NCBI GenBank assembly: GCA_963710605.1
Contig: CAVQBA010000004.1
Span: 96,001-160,000, forward strand
Reading direction: 5' to 3'
DNA from: an uncultured cyanobacterium
GTDB taxonomy: Bacteria; Cyanobacteriota; Cyanobacteriia; Cyanobacteriales; Cyanobacteriaceae
DNA: 64,000 nt
Below the pieces are notes generated by a model. That model did not search any database. It was not told the DNA's origin and saw only the letters and a program-made list of their open reading frames with translations. The position numbers and the translations under genes are program-made. Numbering within the stretch: the first letter of the stretch is position 1; each line of letters opens with the position of its first letter. Below are positions 31,608 to 42,528 of the stretch, in pieces.

Positions 31608-31926
31608 CTGTAATGATTTTATGTGATTTGTGGATTGAAATTGTCTCGGCAGATGAATGGAGAAACAATTCATGTGAAGCAAAACTGAGACGGTAAGGTA
31701 AAAAGCAGATGATTCGCAACTGAATTAACGGTACAAAATATGATAGCGTAACTACACTATGTAATTAGTCCTTACCTTTGAGTTGTCACTCCTTATGAAG
31801 CTATTCCTTGAAAACAAAAAATAGTAAAAAGTTAACTTTATTTAAGCGATTTAGTTACCTACATCCTCAACATAATAATATTGATTGTTAGATGGAGGAT
31901 TGGCTCAAAAAGATTTTATTCTTTTA

Positions 31927-33246
31927 CTAATTTGTTTCAATTTCACCGTAGAGATCATAGACATCGGCTGAGGTTATTCTGACTGATGTTATTGAACCTA
32001 GGTTTGCTGTTCCTTGAACATAGACTAAACCATCTACTTCAGGTGCAAAACGGGGAGATCGACCAATCAATTCTCCTGTCATGGGGTTTTCTTGCTCAAT
32101 TAATACGGGTACTACTTGACCAACTTGAGCTTGATTTCTAGCTGCTGCGATCGGTTGTTGTAATTCCATTAACTGATTTCGACGGATTTGCTTAATTTCC
32201 TCAGGAATCTGATCGCTTAAATTATAAGCTTTCGTACCTTCTTCGGGAGAAAAAGTAAACACACCCACATGATCAAATTGATGTCTTTTTACAAATTGTA
32301 ACAAATGTTGGAAATGTTTTTCACTTTCTCCGGGAAATCCGACAATAAAAGTTGTCCTCATCACTGTATTAGGTAAGGCTTCTTTGATTCGATAAATAAT
32401 TTCATCGTTCACTTTTCCTTGCCATGGACGGTTCATACTTTTTAATATCTCAGGGTGAGAGTGTTGTAATGGTAAATCAAGATAAGGTAAAACATTAGGA
32501 GTTTCTCTTATTGCTTTGATTACTTTATCTGTCAAACCTGTCGGATAAGCGTAATGAATTCTAATCCAAGGGATATCTACTTCACCTAAAGCGGATAAAA
32601 GTTCGGCTAATTTTGGCTCTCCATAAATATCAACACCATAATTAGTGGTGATTTGTGAGATTAAAACTAACTCTTTTACTCCTTGGCTTGCTAATTGATG
32701 AGCTTCAGATACGATCGATTCTATTGTTCGTGAGCGTTGATTTCCTCGTAAATGAGGTATAATGCAAAACGCACAACGATAGTCACAACCTTCAGCTACT
32801 CTCAAATAAGCAATACCTTGATTTGTAGTACGATAACGAGGTATATTCTCGTCAGCAATAAAAGTAGGTTGACTCGAAACTGCTTTAACAGTCTCTCCTT
32901 GCTCTACTCGTTCAATAATATCAACTATATTTTGATAATCTCCTGTCCCGACAAGGGCAACGGCTTCGGGTAATTCTGTTAATAATTCTTCTTGAAAATG
33001 CTGTGCCATGCAACCAGCGATAATGATTTTTTTCTGGTTTTCAGCTAATTCGACTAAAGTTCTTACAGATTCTTGCCTAGCTTCGGCAATAAAACTACAA
33101 GTATTAACTATTACATAATCGGCTAATTCTTCGGTGTTGTCTATACCATACCCTGATTGTGCTAATAATCCCAGCATATGTTCAGAGTCTATGCGATTTT
33201 TTTCACAGCCTAAATGCGAAACGGCGATCGTTGGCTTTATGCCCAT
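31927..33246 (-). CDS. rimO: Ribosomal protein S12 methylthiotransferase
   Basis: [18 protein letters not shown], radical-SAM CDYRCAFC and APEVDG motifs. Confidence 0.96.
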   Translation of the reverse strand: MGIKPTIAVSHLGCEKNRIDSEHMLGLLAQSGYGIDNTEELADYVIVNTCSFIAEARQESVRTLVELAENQKKIIIAGCMAQHFQEELLTELPEAVALVGTGDYQNIVDIIERVEQGETVKAVSSQPTFIADENIPRYRTTNQGIAYLRVAEGCDYRCAFCIIPHLRGNQRSRTIESIVSEAHQLASQGVKELVLISQITTNYGVDIYGEPKLAELLSALGEVDIPWIRIHYAYPTGLTDKVIKAIRETPNVLPYLDLPLQHSHPEILKSMNRPWQGKVNDEIIYRIKEALPNTVMRTTFIVGFPGESEKHFQHLLQFVKRHQFDHVGVFTFSPEEGTKAYNLSDQIPEEIKQIRRNQLMELQQPIAAARNQAQVGQVVPVLIEQENPMTGELIGRSPRFAPEVDGLVYVQGTANLGSITSVRITSADVYDLYGEIETN

Positions 33247-33321
33247 ATCTTAAGTGAGATTGTTTATATTTTATATAAGTATCAATAATTTCCAACAGCT
33301 ATATCATCATAACAGGTTTTT

Positions 33322-33440
33322 ATGAACAATGAACAATGAACAATGAACAATGAACAATGAACAGTTAAAAGCTCTAAACTTCTTCTTCCTCCTTCATCCC
33401 TCATCTTTGATTCCCTATTCCCTATTCCCTATTCCCTATT
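33322..33440. repeat. STRR heptamer repeats (ATGAACA)x6 and (ATTCCCT)x4
   Basis: Direct reading at 33322-33363 and 33410-33437. Confidence 0.9.
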
Positions 33441-33524
33441 ACTCATTCATTTAGGAACTTTAATTAATTAACATCTGTCTAAAGTAATAACTAGAAAATT
33501 AAAACCTAATTTCTTTTATCTGCC

Positions 33525-33695
33525 ATGTTTAAAAACAAAAAAAATAGTCAATTTAGTTTCTGGCGTAATTGTCTGTTTACTTATATTTTAGTTGGTATTT
33601 CTGCTGGGGCGATCGCTGATATTCATCAAAGTTTTCATTTAGATAATCTATCTAATCAAGCTAGTAATTATTACAGAGTAATTTCAATTGATTAA
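33525..33695 (+). CDS. Candidate 56-aa small protein with basic N-terminus and hydrophobic segment
   Basis: MFKNKKNSQFSFWRNCLFTYILVGISAGAIADIHQSFHLDNLSNQASNYYRVISID. Contains HIP1 read as Ala-Ile-Ala. Confidence 0.45.
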   Translation: MFKNKKNSQFSFWRNCLFTYILVGISAGAIADIHQSFHLDNLSNQASNYYRVISID

Positions 33696-33777
33696 TCACA
33701 AATTTTAGTTACTGATTTTTTTTCAAATTGAATAATATACAATAAAACAGATAACCAAAAATAGAAGATATTGATTA

Positions 33778-34581
33778 ATGTTTTATTATGCTGGTGAACT
33801 TAAACAAACAGATAAGATTGAGTTAGATATTAATGACTCCACATGGCTTTATGGTGCAACCATTTTTACCACCATGAGAGTCTATAATTTTGATTTAGAA
33901 AATCCCTTAACTAATTGGCAACAACATTTAAATAGACTTAAATTAAGTGTTAATCAATTAGATTGGCAACCTCCAAATTGGCAATTAATAAGAACAGAAA
34001 TCAAAGATTTATTACAATATTTTCCTATTATTAGAATTACTCTTTTTCCCGATGGTAAAGAATTGATTATAGGTAGAAAATTACCATCAAATTTATCACA
34101 AAAGCAAGAAAAAGGAGTTAAGGGTTTAATTTGTCTCGATCGATCATTACAAAGAAGTTTACCTCAACATAAAACAGGTAATTATCTTACTCCTTGGTTA
34201 GGTTTACAACAAGCACAAAAAATCGGTTATCAAGAAGCAATTTTAACTAATGCGGATGGTGATTGGTTAGAAACTAGTACTGGCAATCTTTGGGGTTATA
34301 GTAGCCAAGAAAAAGTGTGGTGTACACCTGATTTATCAGTCGGTATCTTATCTGGTATTGCTCGCAATATGATTATTGAAAATGCTAATTTCCCTGTGAT
34401 AACTAATTATTGGACACCAGAATTTATAGCTAATTTAGAAGCGATCGCTTACAGTAACAGTGTTGTCGAAATAGTTCCTTTTAACACAATTAAAATAGGT
34501 GATACTTATTTATCATACGATGCTCATCATACCGCCTATTCTTTACTGACAAACATATTCAAACCAATAGACTACGATTAA
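33778..34581 (+). CDS. Class IV aminotransferase / 4-amino-4-deoxychorismate lyase-like
   Basis: LYGATIFTTMRV, HLNRL, HKTGNY, LETSTGNLW and ILSGIAR motifs. Confidence 0.85.
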   Translation: MFYYAGELKQTDKIELDINDSTWLYGATIFTTMRVYNFDLENPLTNWQQHLNRLKLSVNQLDWQPPNWQLIRTEIKDLLQYFPIIRITLFPDGKELIIGRKLPSNLSQKQEKGVKGLICLDRSLQRSLPQHKTGNYLTPWLGLQQAQKIGYQEAILTNADGDWLETSTGNLWGYSSQEKVWCTPDLSVGILSGIARNMIIENANFPVITNYWTPEFIANLEAIAYSNSVVEIVPFNTIKIGDTYLSYDAHHTAYSLLTNIFKPIDYD

Positions 34582-34656
34582 TCATAACTTACCGAAAAAT
34601 TCAGTTAAAAAGTTAGAAATATCTCATGTTATTTTTAAAATCTTTACAAGTTTACT

Positions 34657-36375
34657 CTATTTATCAAGCATAAAAGCAAAGCCAAAGGTATCGTTATTGT
34701 CTGTAGGTGAATGTTTAGCATCAGTAGCAATATTTCCTTGAAATAAAGGAATTTTGTCGATAAAAACTACTTTAGGTAACTGACTAGTTTCTGGTTGTGA
34801 TGGCAAATAATTTTTGGAAACAAAAATAGCACCTCCTTTACCCAAACCCGGGTTAACACCCTTTCCAGCTAATGCCATATTGCCTGTAAAATTAGTGTTT
34901 TCTAGAGATAAAGTGCCAGACTTAACGAAAATAGCACCTCCTAAACCTGCCCCACTACCACTGAATTCAGCCCCACCATTTCCTGCACCAAAACCGCCAA
35001 TACCTGGTTTTCCTTTTATACCTGCTACAGCACCACTGCCACCAAAACCGCCACTACCACCTCCGCCACCGAAGCCACCATCACCACCATTACCACCGTC
35101 TCCACCATCACCACATAATATTAATTCATTAGCCAATTTATCAGCTTGTGATTCAGTTTCAGATTTTTTCTTTTTATCTAATTTTTTAGCTTTCAAATTA
35201 TTACTATTCTTGGTAGTTTCTGATTGATTTAAAACTCCATCTAAAGTATTATCAAATAATAAATCAGTTTCTGTTATTTCTCCTTCATCACCGTAACTAT
35301 TATTAGAGTCAGAAGAATTTATTGCGGTACAGAGATTGCCACCATTACCACCGTTACCGGCATTCCCAAAACCACCAAAACCGCCACCGCCACCGAAACT
35401 AATATTACCAATCGCACCTGTACCATCAATATTACCAAAAGAACCAAAACGACCTATACCGCCATTACCGCCATCACCGCCATTACCACCATTACCACCA
35501 TCACTCCCGCCGTTACCGCCATTACCACCGTTACCAGCATTCCCAAAACCACCAAAACCGCCACCACCACCAAAGGCAATGACACCAATACCACTTACTC
35601 CAACCCCATCAACTCCTGCAATTGCACCTCTATTAGCAATGTATTCACCACCATCATTTTTAATATTAAGGCTATCAAGATTCATTTTTTCTAAATCATT
35701 TCCGCCAATACCAATACCGCTGACTCTGGTAATTGCACCTCGGTTAACATAAAATTTTCCGTCTTTATGATTAATGCTATCAACCGAATTGATTGGTAAA
35801 GTGTTTGTAAGATTATCGCCTTCTCCTCCAACTGCTTGATTATTAGTAAAAATAACATTTTTAAGTTTAACGTTTCCTCCTTCCATTAATAAACCACCAC
35901 CAATACCTGCATCTGCACCAGCACCTTTTTCTCCATTTTTTCCTTGTGCTAATCCATTGATAATTTGTAAATCGCTGATTAAAATATTTCCTCTTTTAAT
36001 CTGAAAAATACGATGATGATTATTGCCATCAATAAAGGTTTTTGGATTACCTTTAATAATCAAATCTGTCTTAATTGTCGGTAAAGTTTGATTTAACTGA
36101 ATTGCCCCTGTAATTTGACTTAAATCGATCGTTACAGGTTTTTGAGCCATATTTGCTTGATTGATTGCCCATCTTAAAGTACCTTGTTTATTTGTATCTA
36201 AATTAGACGTAACATTTATACTTGTTGCTATGTATCGATTGCTAACATCATTTAAAATTACCGCATAAGTGTTTTTTGAACTACACAAAACAAAAAGCAA
36301 AAAAACACTTACAAAAATAGTTAATTTCTTAATAAATAATTTAGCTTTGTTCAATAAAAAATTTAAGATTGGCAT
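34657..36375 (-). CDS. Secreted glycine-rich surface protein
   Basis: Signal peptide, GTLRWAI, IDGNNHHRIF, GGGL/GGAIFV beta-helix-like motifs and a duplicated FGGGGGFGGFGNAGNGGNGG block. Confidence 0.8.
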   Translation of the reverse strand: MPILNFLLNKAKLFIKKLTIFVSVFLLFVLCSSKNTYAVILNDVSNRYIATSINVTSNLDTNKQGTLRWAINQANMAQKPVTIDLSQITGAIQLNQTLPTIKTDLIIKGNPKTFIDGNNHHRIFQIKRGNILISDLQIINGLAQGKNGEKGAGADAGIGGGLLMEGGNVKLKNVIFTNNQAVGGEGDNLTNTLPINSVDSINHKDGKFYVNRGAITRVSGIGIGGNDLEKMNLDSLNIKNDGGEYIANRGAIAGVDGVGVSGIGVIAFGGGGGFGGFGNAGNGGNGGNGGSDGGNGGNGGDGGNGGIGRFGSFGNIDGTGAIGNISFGGGGGFGGFGNAGNGGNGGNLCTAINSSDSNNSYGDEGEITETDLLFDNTLDGVLNQSETTKNSNNLKAKKLDKKKKSETESQADKLANELILCGDGGDGGNGGDGGFGGGGGSGGFGGSGAVAGIKGKPGIGGFGAGNGGAEFSGSGAGLGGAIFVKSGTLSLENTNFTGNMALAGKGVNPGLGKGGAIFVSKNYLPSQPETSQLPKVVFIDKIPLFQGNIATDAKHSPTDNNDTFGFAFMLDK

Positions 36376-36805
36376 ATTATCAGCTGATGTTAGGTAAAAT
36401 AGAATTAATTACTAAAAGGAAGTATTAATGATTGTAGTTAGGATTTCAATTTAATCCATTGATTCTGGATAGGATTGCGATTGTCACTTGCAGACTCAAC
36501 TTTTGAATTGTGATAAGTCATGATTAAAATCATGTCCATGAAATTAACGTCTGTTTTGGTTAAGACTGTTTTAGCTTAGAAAGACACTTTCGAGCTTATC
36601 TATAACTCAGGTTAAATTATCAAACCGAATACTTAATGCTAGGTACTGAATAAAATACTCCTAAAACAAATTAAAGATTATAAAGTAAACCTCAAACCAA
36701 TCAGGGTTATTAGCGTTTTATCGTCAGGGAGATGCCCAGCCCGATCTTTTTATCTTAATTTTGTACGGTAGTAGTATTTTAAACAATAGTACATAGGCTT
36801 TATTT

Positions 36806-36820
36806 AGTATACTGTATACT
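36806..36820. promoter_or_regulatory. Putative GntR operator AGTATACTGTATACT
   Basis: Perfect 7-1-7 palindrome. The same core recurs at 40334, 48708 and 51631. Confidence 0.6.
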
Positions 36821-36839
36821 AAACATCTGAATAAAAAAT

Positions 36840-36959
36840 TATAGCAGTTAAAGAATTAATTAGGACAGTAATGTATGTGAATTTTCTCTTTGTAAGGAGT
36901 GATTCACTAGAGGTTTAGCCAGTAATAAAAATATCCTAATTTACCCGTTACTTTCTATA
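36840..36959. mobile_element. Degenerate MITE/REP-like element (same family as 22354..22475)
   Basis: Ends TATAGCAGT...AATTAATTA(G/A)GACA and TCCTAA...CTATA, plus an internal degenerate CTC..TAAGG.G.GATT..AGAGG, are shared between the copies. Confidence 0.5.
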
Positions 36960-37079
36960 TTTCACACTAATTTGATTAACTTTTTTTAAAAAATTTAGAA
37001 ATGGAACTTTTCGCATAATTAGCTAGAATTTAACAGATGAATGAGCAATTAACCTGAGTCAGATTAATTTAATTTACTA

Positions 37080-38525
37080 TTAACCAAAATTCACAGTAGT
37101 CATAAAGGCGAATCTTGCCACAAACACTACACTCAAAACCCAAGTAGCAATAGAAACTTGATTTGCTTTACCTTGAAAAGTTTTAATTAGAGGATAGGCA
37201 ATAAAACCAATAGACAAGCCCTCGGCAATAGAAAAAGACAGAGGAATCATAAAGATAACTAAAAAAGCAGGAATTGCTTCTCCCAAATCGCCCCAGTTGA
37301 TACTTAAAGCATTAGACATCATCAAAACACCGACGATTACTAAAGCAGGAGTCGTTGCGTAAGCAGGAATTGCTTGTAAAAGAGGAATAAAGAAAATAGA
37401 TAAAGCAAATAAAACGGCTGCTGTTGCGGCAGTAAAACCCGTTCTACCTCCTTCGGCAATACCTGAAGCTGATTCGACGTAAGTTGTAACACTACAGTTA
37501 CCTAAAAGTGCACCGAAAGTAGTTCCGACTGCATCAGATAACAAGGCTTTGTTTGCTCTAGGTAATTCACCATTTTCGTCAATATATCCTGCTTTCATTC
37601 CTACCCCTGTTAAAGTTCCAATTGTGTCAAACATATCGACAAATAAGAAGACAAACAGAGCGGCAATGAAATTAAATAAATTTGCACTATTGAGTCCAGC
37701 TAAACCTCTGATAGATTCTCCGAATAAGTTCGCAGGAAAAGGTGGAAAATCTACTATTCCTTCAGGTGGGGGTGTGACTTGGACAATCCAACCCAAAATA
37801 GCAGTTGCTAAAACACCCCAAAGTAAACCACCTTTGATATTTCTGACGACAAAAGCAGAAGTTAATAAAATTCCGACACAAGCTAAGATGGTATTAGGTT
37901 CGGTGAAGCTACCAAAAGAAGTTTTAGTTGCTGGATTAGCCACAATTAATCCCGCACCTCCTGTCTCGACACTACCTCCTAAACCAAGGTAGGCAATAAA
38001 CAATCCGATTCCCGCCCCTGTTGCACTTTTAATACAGGTGGGTATAGCAGTAATAATTTGCCGACGAATATCTGTCAAAGTAAGTGAGATAAAAATCAAT
38101 CCTTCCACAAATACACAAGCAAGGGCTAATCGCCAGTCGATTCCTAAACCAATTACCACGGAAAAAGCGAAAAAAGCATTTAAACCCATACCTGGGGCTA
38201 AGCAAAAAAGATAATTAGCATACAATGCCATAGTCATAGTTGCGATCGCAGCAGATATACCTGTTGTAACAACTAACTCAGAAAATAAATCTCCACTTTC
38301 ATTTAAGAAAATTGCATTAGACAAAATAATCGGATTGACGATTAAGACATAAGCCATCGTCATGAAAGTTGTTACCCCTGCCAAAATTTCAGTCCGAAAA
38401 CCTGTTTTATATTCAGCAAATTTGAAGTAGTTAGCGATTTTACCTTGCCAACCGGTATATTGAATTGCACGATTGTCCGACATTTGAGATTGCTCAATTT
38501 CTACATCTTTTAAGTCGTCACTCAT
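37080..38525 (-). CDS. NCS2 family (AzgA-like) purine permease
   Basis: TEILAGVTTFMTMAYVLIVNP, APGMGLNAFF, DMFDTIGTL and TTYVESASGIAEGGRTG motifs. Confidence 0.93.
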   Translation of the reverse strand: MSDDLKDVEIEQSQMSDNRAIQYTGWQGKIANYFKFAEYKTGFRTEILAGVTTFMTMAYVLIVNPIILSNAIFLNESGDLFSELVVTTGISAAIATMTMALYANYLFCLAPGMGLNAFFAFSVVIGLGIDWRLALACVFVEGLIFISLTLTDIRRQIITAIPTCIKSATGAGIGLFIAYLGLGGSVETGGAGLIVANPATKTSFGSFTEPNTILACVGILLTSAFVVRNIKGGLLWGVLATAILGWIVQVTPPPEGIVDFPPFPANLFGESIRGLAGLNSANLFNFIAALFVFLFVDMFDTIGTLTGVGMKAGYIDENGELPRANKALLSDAVGTTFGALLGNCSVTTYVESASGIAEGGRTGFTAATAAVLFALSIFFIPLLQAIPAYATTPALVIVGVLMMSNALSINWGDLGEAIPAFLVIFMIPLSFSIAEGLSIGFIAYPLIKTFQGKANQVSIATWVLSVVFVARFAFMTTVNFG

Positions 38526-38618
38526 TAAAATGTTTCTCCCTATCGTTGTTAATTTTTAATAGTTTATAAGTGTTGTCAGTTAAGATATGTACTTCAAAAC
38601 AAATTTTATCTTAACGCT

Positions 38619-38660
38619 ACGTTAAACCTTTCAAGTTAAATATTTTGTAACCATTTTGAC
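38619..38660 (-). promoter_or_regulatory. Candidate NtcA-activated promoter of the NCS2 permease
   Basis: Minus strand tGTC-N8-TACa (1 mismatch to GTA-N8-TAC), a 22-nt spacer, then TAACGT (TAN3T -10 box). Confidence 0.45.
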
Positions 38661-38885
38661 AATTTTTCTGAGAAAGAAGACTTATTTTTTAATAGATGAG
38701 AATGAGCTTTATTTAACCATAACTAATCAATTTTTTCAGGCTAAAAAATAATTAATAGATAATTAATTAACTTTATTGTATTGCCGTAAAATTATAGTTT
38801 TTAAAATACTAACTAACTAATAAACAAGAGTTGGTAATAGTTTTTTATCCTTATTCTTATCTATGTAACAAAAATAAATATAATA

Positions 38886-40199
38886 ATGACTATTAAAGGT
38901 TTTAGAGGTTCTTTTCTTGATTTTATTGATGATCCTTTTTTAATAAAAGAGAGTGATTGTGTCAGATATATAGAAGATGGTTTACTAATTGTTGAAAACG
39001 GTTTAGTTAAAGATTTTGGTAAGTATGAAGATTTGCAAACTAAGTATTCTGAAATAGAAATAACAACTTATTTCCACAAAGTTATTATGCCCGGTTTTAT
39101 CGATACTCATATTCATTATCCACAAACTGGAATGATTGGTGCTTATGGAGAGCAGTTACTAGAATGGCTAAATAAATACACTTTTCCTACCGAAAAAAAA
39201 TTTAAAAATCCTGAGTTTGCGACACAGATGTCATCTCTTTTTTTAGATGAGTTGTTAAAAAATGGTACAACCACAGCTTTAGTCTTTTGTGCAGTTTTTC
39301 CTGAATCGGTAGATGCTTTTTTTACTGAAGCAAAAAAAAGAAATTTAAGGATGATTGCGGGTAAAGTAATGATGAATCGTAATGCTCCAGACTTTTTGTT
39401 AGATACTGCTAAAACGTCTTACGAAGAAACAAAACAATTAATTGAAAAATGGCATAAGAAAGAACGGTTATTATATGCTGTGACACCACGTTTTGCTATT
39501 ACTTCAACTGATGAACAATTACAATTTGCAGGTCAACTTTTACAAGAGTATCCAGATGTTTATTTACATACTCATTTATCAGAAAATGTCGATGAAGTAA
39601 GTTTTGTCGCTGAGCTATTTCCTGAATCTCAAGGTTATTTAGATGTATATGATAAAGCAGGATTAGTAAAAGATAAATCAGTTTTTGCTCATGGAGTACA
39701 ATTAACTGATGCAGAATTTGAAGTACTTTCTAAAGCAAAATCAGCTATTTCTTTTTGTCCTACTTCTAACTTATTTTTGGGTAGTGGATTGTTTAAACTA
39801 AATAAGGCAAAATCCAAGGATACTCCTGTCAAAGTAGGATTGGGTACAGATGTTGGTGCAGGAACAAGTTTTTCTTTATTACAAACTGCAAATGAAGCCT
39901 ATAAAGTTGTACAACTACAAAAAGAAAAATTATCGTCTTTTCAAGCTCTATTCTTAGCTACATTAGGAGGAGCAAAAGCATTATCTTTAGAAGATAAAAT
40001 TGGTAATTTTGATATAGGAAAAGAAGCTGATTTTATTGTCTTAAATCCCCAAGCTACGCCGATAATGAAATTACGAAATCAAAATTTACCAGCAAAAACT
40101 TTAACGGAAATTGCTGATCTAACTTTTGCGATGATTATTATGGGAGACGATCGAACTGTTGAAGCAACTTATATTATGGGAGACGATCGAACTGTTTAG
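38886..40199 (+). CDS. guaD: Guanine deaminase
   Basis: PGFIDTHIHYPQ, LLEWLNKYTFPTE, TPRFA, HTHLSEN, CPTSNLFLGSG, GTDVGAG and GDDR motifs. Confidence 0.95.
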   Translation: MTIKGFRGSFLDFIDDPFLIKESDCVRYIEDGLLIVENGLVKDFGKYEDLQTKYSEIEITTYFHKVIMPGFIDTHIHYPQTGMIGAYGEQLLEWLNKYTFPTEKKFKNPEFATQMSSLFLDELLKNGTTTALVFCAVFPESVDAFFTEAKKRNLRMIAGKVMMNRNAPDFLLDTAKTSYEETKQLIEKWHKKERLLYAVTPRFAITSTDEQLQFAGQLLQEYPDVYLHTHLSENVDEVSFVAELFPESQGYLDVYDKAGLVKDKSVFAHGVQLTDAEFEVLSKAKSAISFCPTSNLFLGSGLFKLNKAKSKDTPVKVGLGTDVGAGTSFSLLQTANEAYKVVQLQKEKLSSFQALFLATLGGAKALSLEDKIGNFDIGKEADFIVLNPQATPIMKLRNQNLPAKTLTEIADLTFAMIIMGDDRTVEATYIMGDDRTV

Positions 40200-40333
40200 T
40201 ATGACAATTAATAATTAAGAATACTATTCAATTAACTTGTCAAAAACTTTTTTTCGTTACAATTATTCAAAAACTTTTTTAATATATTTAATGTTTTAAG
40301 CCCCTAAGGTTTAGTCGAAGAAATATAAAAAAC

Positions 40334-40357
40334 TGTATACAGTATCCAAGTATACAG
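40334..40357. promoter_or_regulatory. Putative GntR operator(s) upstream of the porin
   Basis: TGTATACAGTATCCAAGTATACAG: one near-full site plus an extra half-site. Confidence 0.55.
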
Positions 40358-40710
40358 TTTTTGTGACAATAAGAATTAAGATTTAAAAAAGAATAATCAA
40401 ATTTAGTAATTATTTTATTCCCCTCTAAAACAGTAAATATAGTGTTGAGATAGCTTACAAAAAAAAGCATTACAAAGTTCGATCAATTTAAACAGTTGAT
40501 TGACAAAATAATCGACAGTAACGGCTAAAAGTATCATCTTTTAGTCGATCGTTTTGTGAAAGGCTATTTGGTTAGTTATCTATGTGGAAAACTGTTTTAT
40601 CTATATATAAAGATAGTTTTTAGTAACCATAGGGAGGTTGAGCAATTACCAAATTTAGATTAACTTGACAATTTCCTAAATAAAAAATAAAAATTTTGGT
40701 GTGAGTTAGG

Positions 40711-42468
40711 ATGACAATTTTAAATAAGATCAAGTGGTTAGTAGTTCCTTCTATTTTAGGAATAGCACAATTAGGTTCGATCGTTAATGAAGCTAAGGCT
40801 GAGACTGCTTCTATATCGGGAAATGTTCCTTCAGTATCAAATCTTAGTGACAATAGTGCCGTCGATCAAGAACTATCGAGTAATTCGATGTCTCAACTCA
40901 ATAGTGTATCTTCTCTAAGAGATGTTTCTCCTACAGATTGGGCTTATGAAGCACTAAGAAGTTTAGTCGAAAGATACGGTTGTATTGTTGGCTATCCCGA
41001 TCGTACTTTTCGAGGTAATCGAGCTTTAAGTCGTTATGAATTTGCCGCAGGATTAAACGCTTGTATGCAGCAGATGGAACGTTTGATTGCAGGTAGCGAA
41101 TCGGTATTAAAAGAAGATGTAGCTACACTCCAACGATTAGCTCAATAATTTGAAGCTGAGTTAGCCGTGCTAGGTGAAAGAGTTGATAACTTAGAAGGCA
41201 GAGTTGCTTTTCTAGAAGATAATCAATTTTCCACCACCACCAAGCTAAGTGCACTCACTAGTTTTTATTTAAGTGGTGCTTGGGCGCCCGGTGACATAAG
41301 AGCAGAGGGAGTGAATATTTTTGCTCCTCGTCGAGGTCAAAATAATGCTCCTGATAGTCGAGTCATTACAGATGATCCTAATGTTACTCTTAGTTATCTG
41401 ACTTGGATTAATTTTGATACTTCTTTTACTGGTAGAGATAATCTTAGAGTTCAATTTGCCGCAGGAAATGGAAACGCCCCGGCTAATCAATTTCTTTCTG
41501 CTGGTTTTTTTAATTCTTCTGGTACTCCATTTATGTTGCAGTCAGCTGGTGATCCAAATGACGTAATAATTAGAGAGTTGTATTATACTTTTCCTGCTGG
41601 TGATAACATAAATATAGCAGTAGGTCCACGGATTCAAGTTTATCGTTTTTTTGATAATAATCGTTATACTTTTTTCCTTAATGGAGCTGAAAGTTTTAAC
41701 TCTAGTGGTTCAACACAGTTTAATTCCATCGATCGAGGTTCTGGAGTCGTTGTAGATTGGAAAATTAACGATATTTTTAAACTTACAGCAGGGTATGTAG
41801 GTAATAACACTGAATTTTTACCAGAGATAATCGGTTCTTCTGCTTCAGACCCCAACAGAGGTTTGTTTGGTGGAACTTACAACATAATGGCTGAATTAGG
41901 TATTTCTCCGACTGATAATCTCAATTTCCGATTTTTATATAATCGTTCTCGTTTAGAAGCGAATCCTTTCAACGGGTATGTTGGTGGTGCTATTGGTGAA
42001 CCTATACCCTATGGTTTCGCCGATGATGGTAATGGTGGTGCTTTAAGACACGCTTTTGCTGATACCTATCTTTTTAACTTTGATTGGGCTGTTTCCAATA
42101 AATTTGGAGTGTTCGGTCGATATAGTTGGGGTAGTACTAGCTTAACACCTAGAGATAGTAGTAAAAGTAAAGGACGGATTGATTCTCAATCTTTACAATT
42201 AGGTTTTGCTCTGCTTGATTTAGGTAAAGAAGGAGCAAGGGCTACTTTTTCTTATCTCATTCCTTTCTCTATAGTAGATGGTAGAGAATTCCTGATTTCA
42301 GGAGGAGGAGACGGCGGAGTACAGTATGAGTTTGAAGCTAATTATTTTTATCCTCTTACTAATAATATTGCGATTGTTCCTTCATTTTATGTGATTTCAA
42401 GAGCAAATAATTTCACCTCAAATGAACCAATTTATGTGACCAATCTAAGGACTCAATTTAGTTTCTAG
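40711..42468 (+). pseudogene. SLH-domain cyanobacterial porin (OprB / iron-uptake porin family), in-frame TAA at 41146-41148
   Basis: LRDVSPTDWAYEALRSLVERYGC SLH domain. RLAQ*FEAEL continues in frame to LEDNQFSTTTKL and ends in LRTQFSF. Confidence 0.88.
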
Positions 42469-42528
42469 CAATCATAGCCAAGAATGAGATGCTTAAGACT
42501 AATAGATTCCCCTAACCCCCTTTTTCCT

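Noticed and set aside
34814-35752. Proline-rich ORFs 34814..35227 and 35336..35752
   Set aside because: Mirror of GGN glycine codons on the opposite strand.
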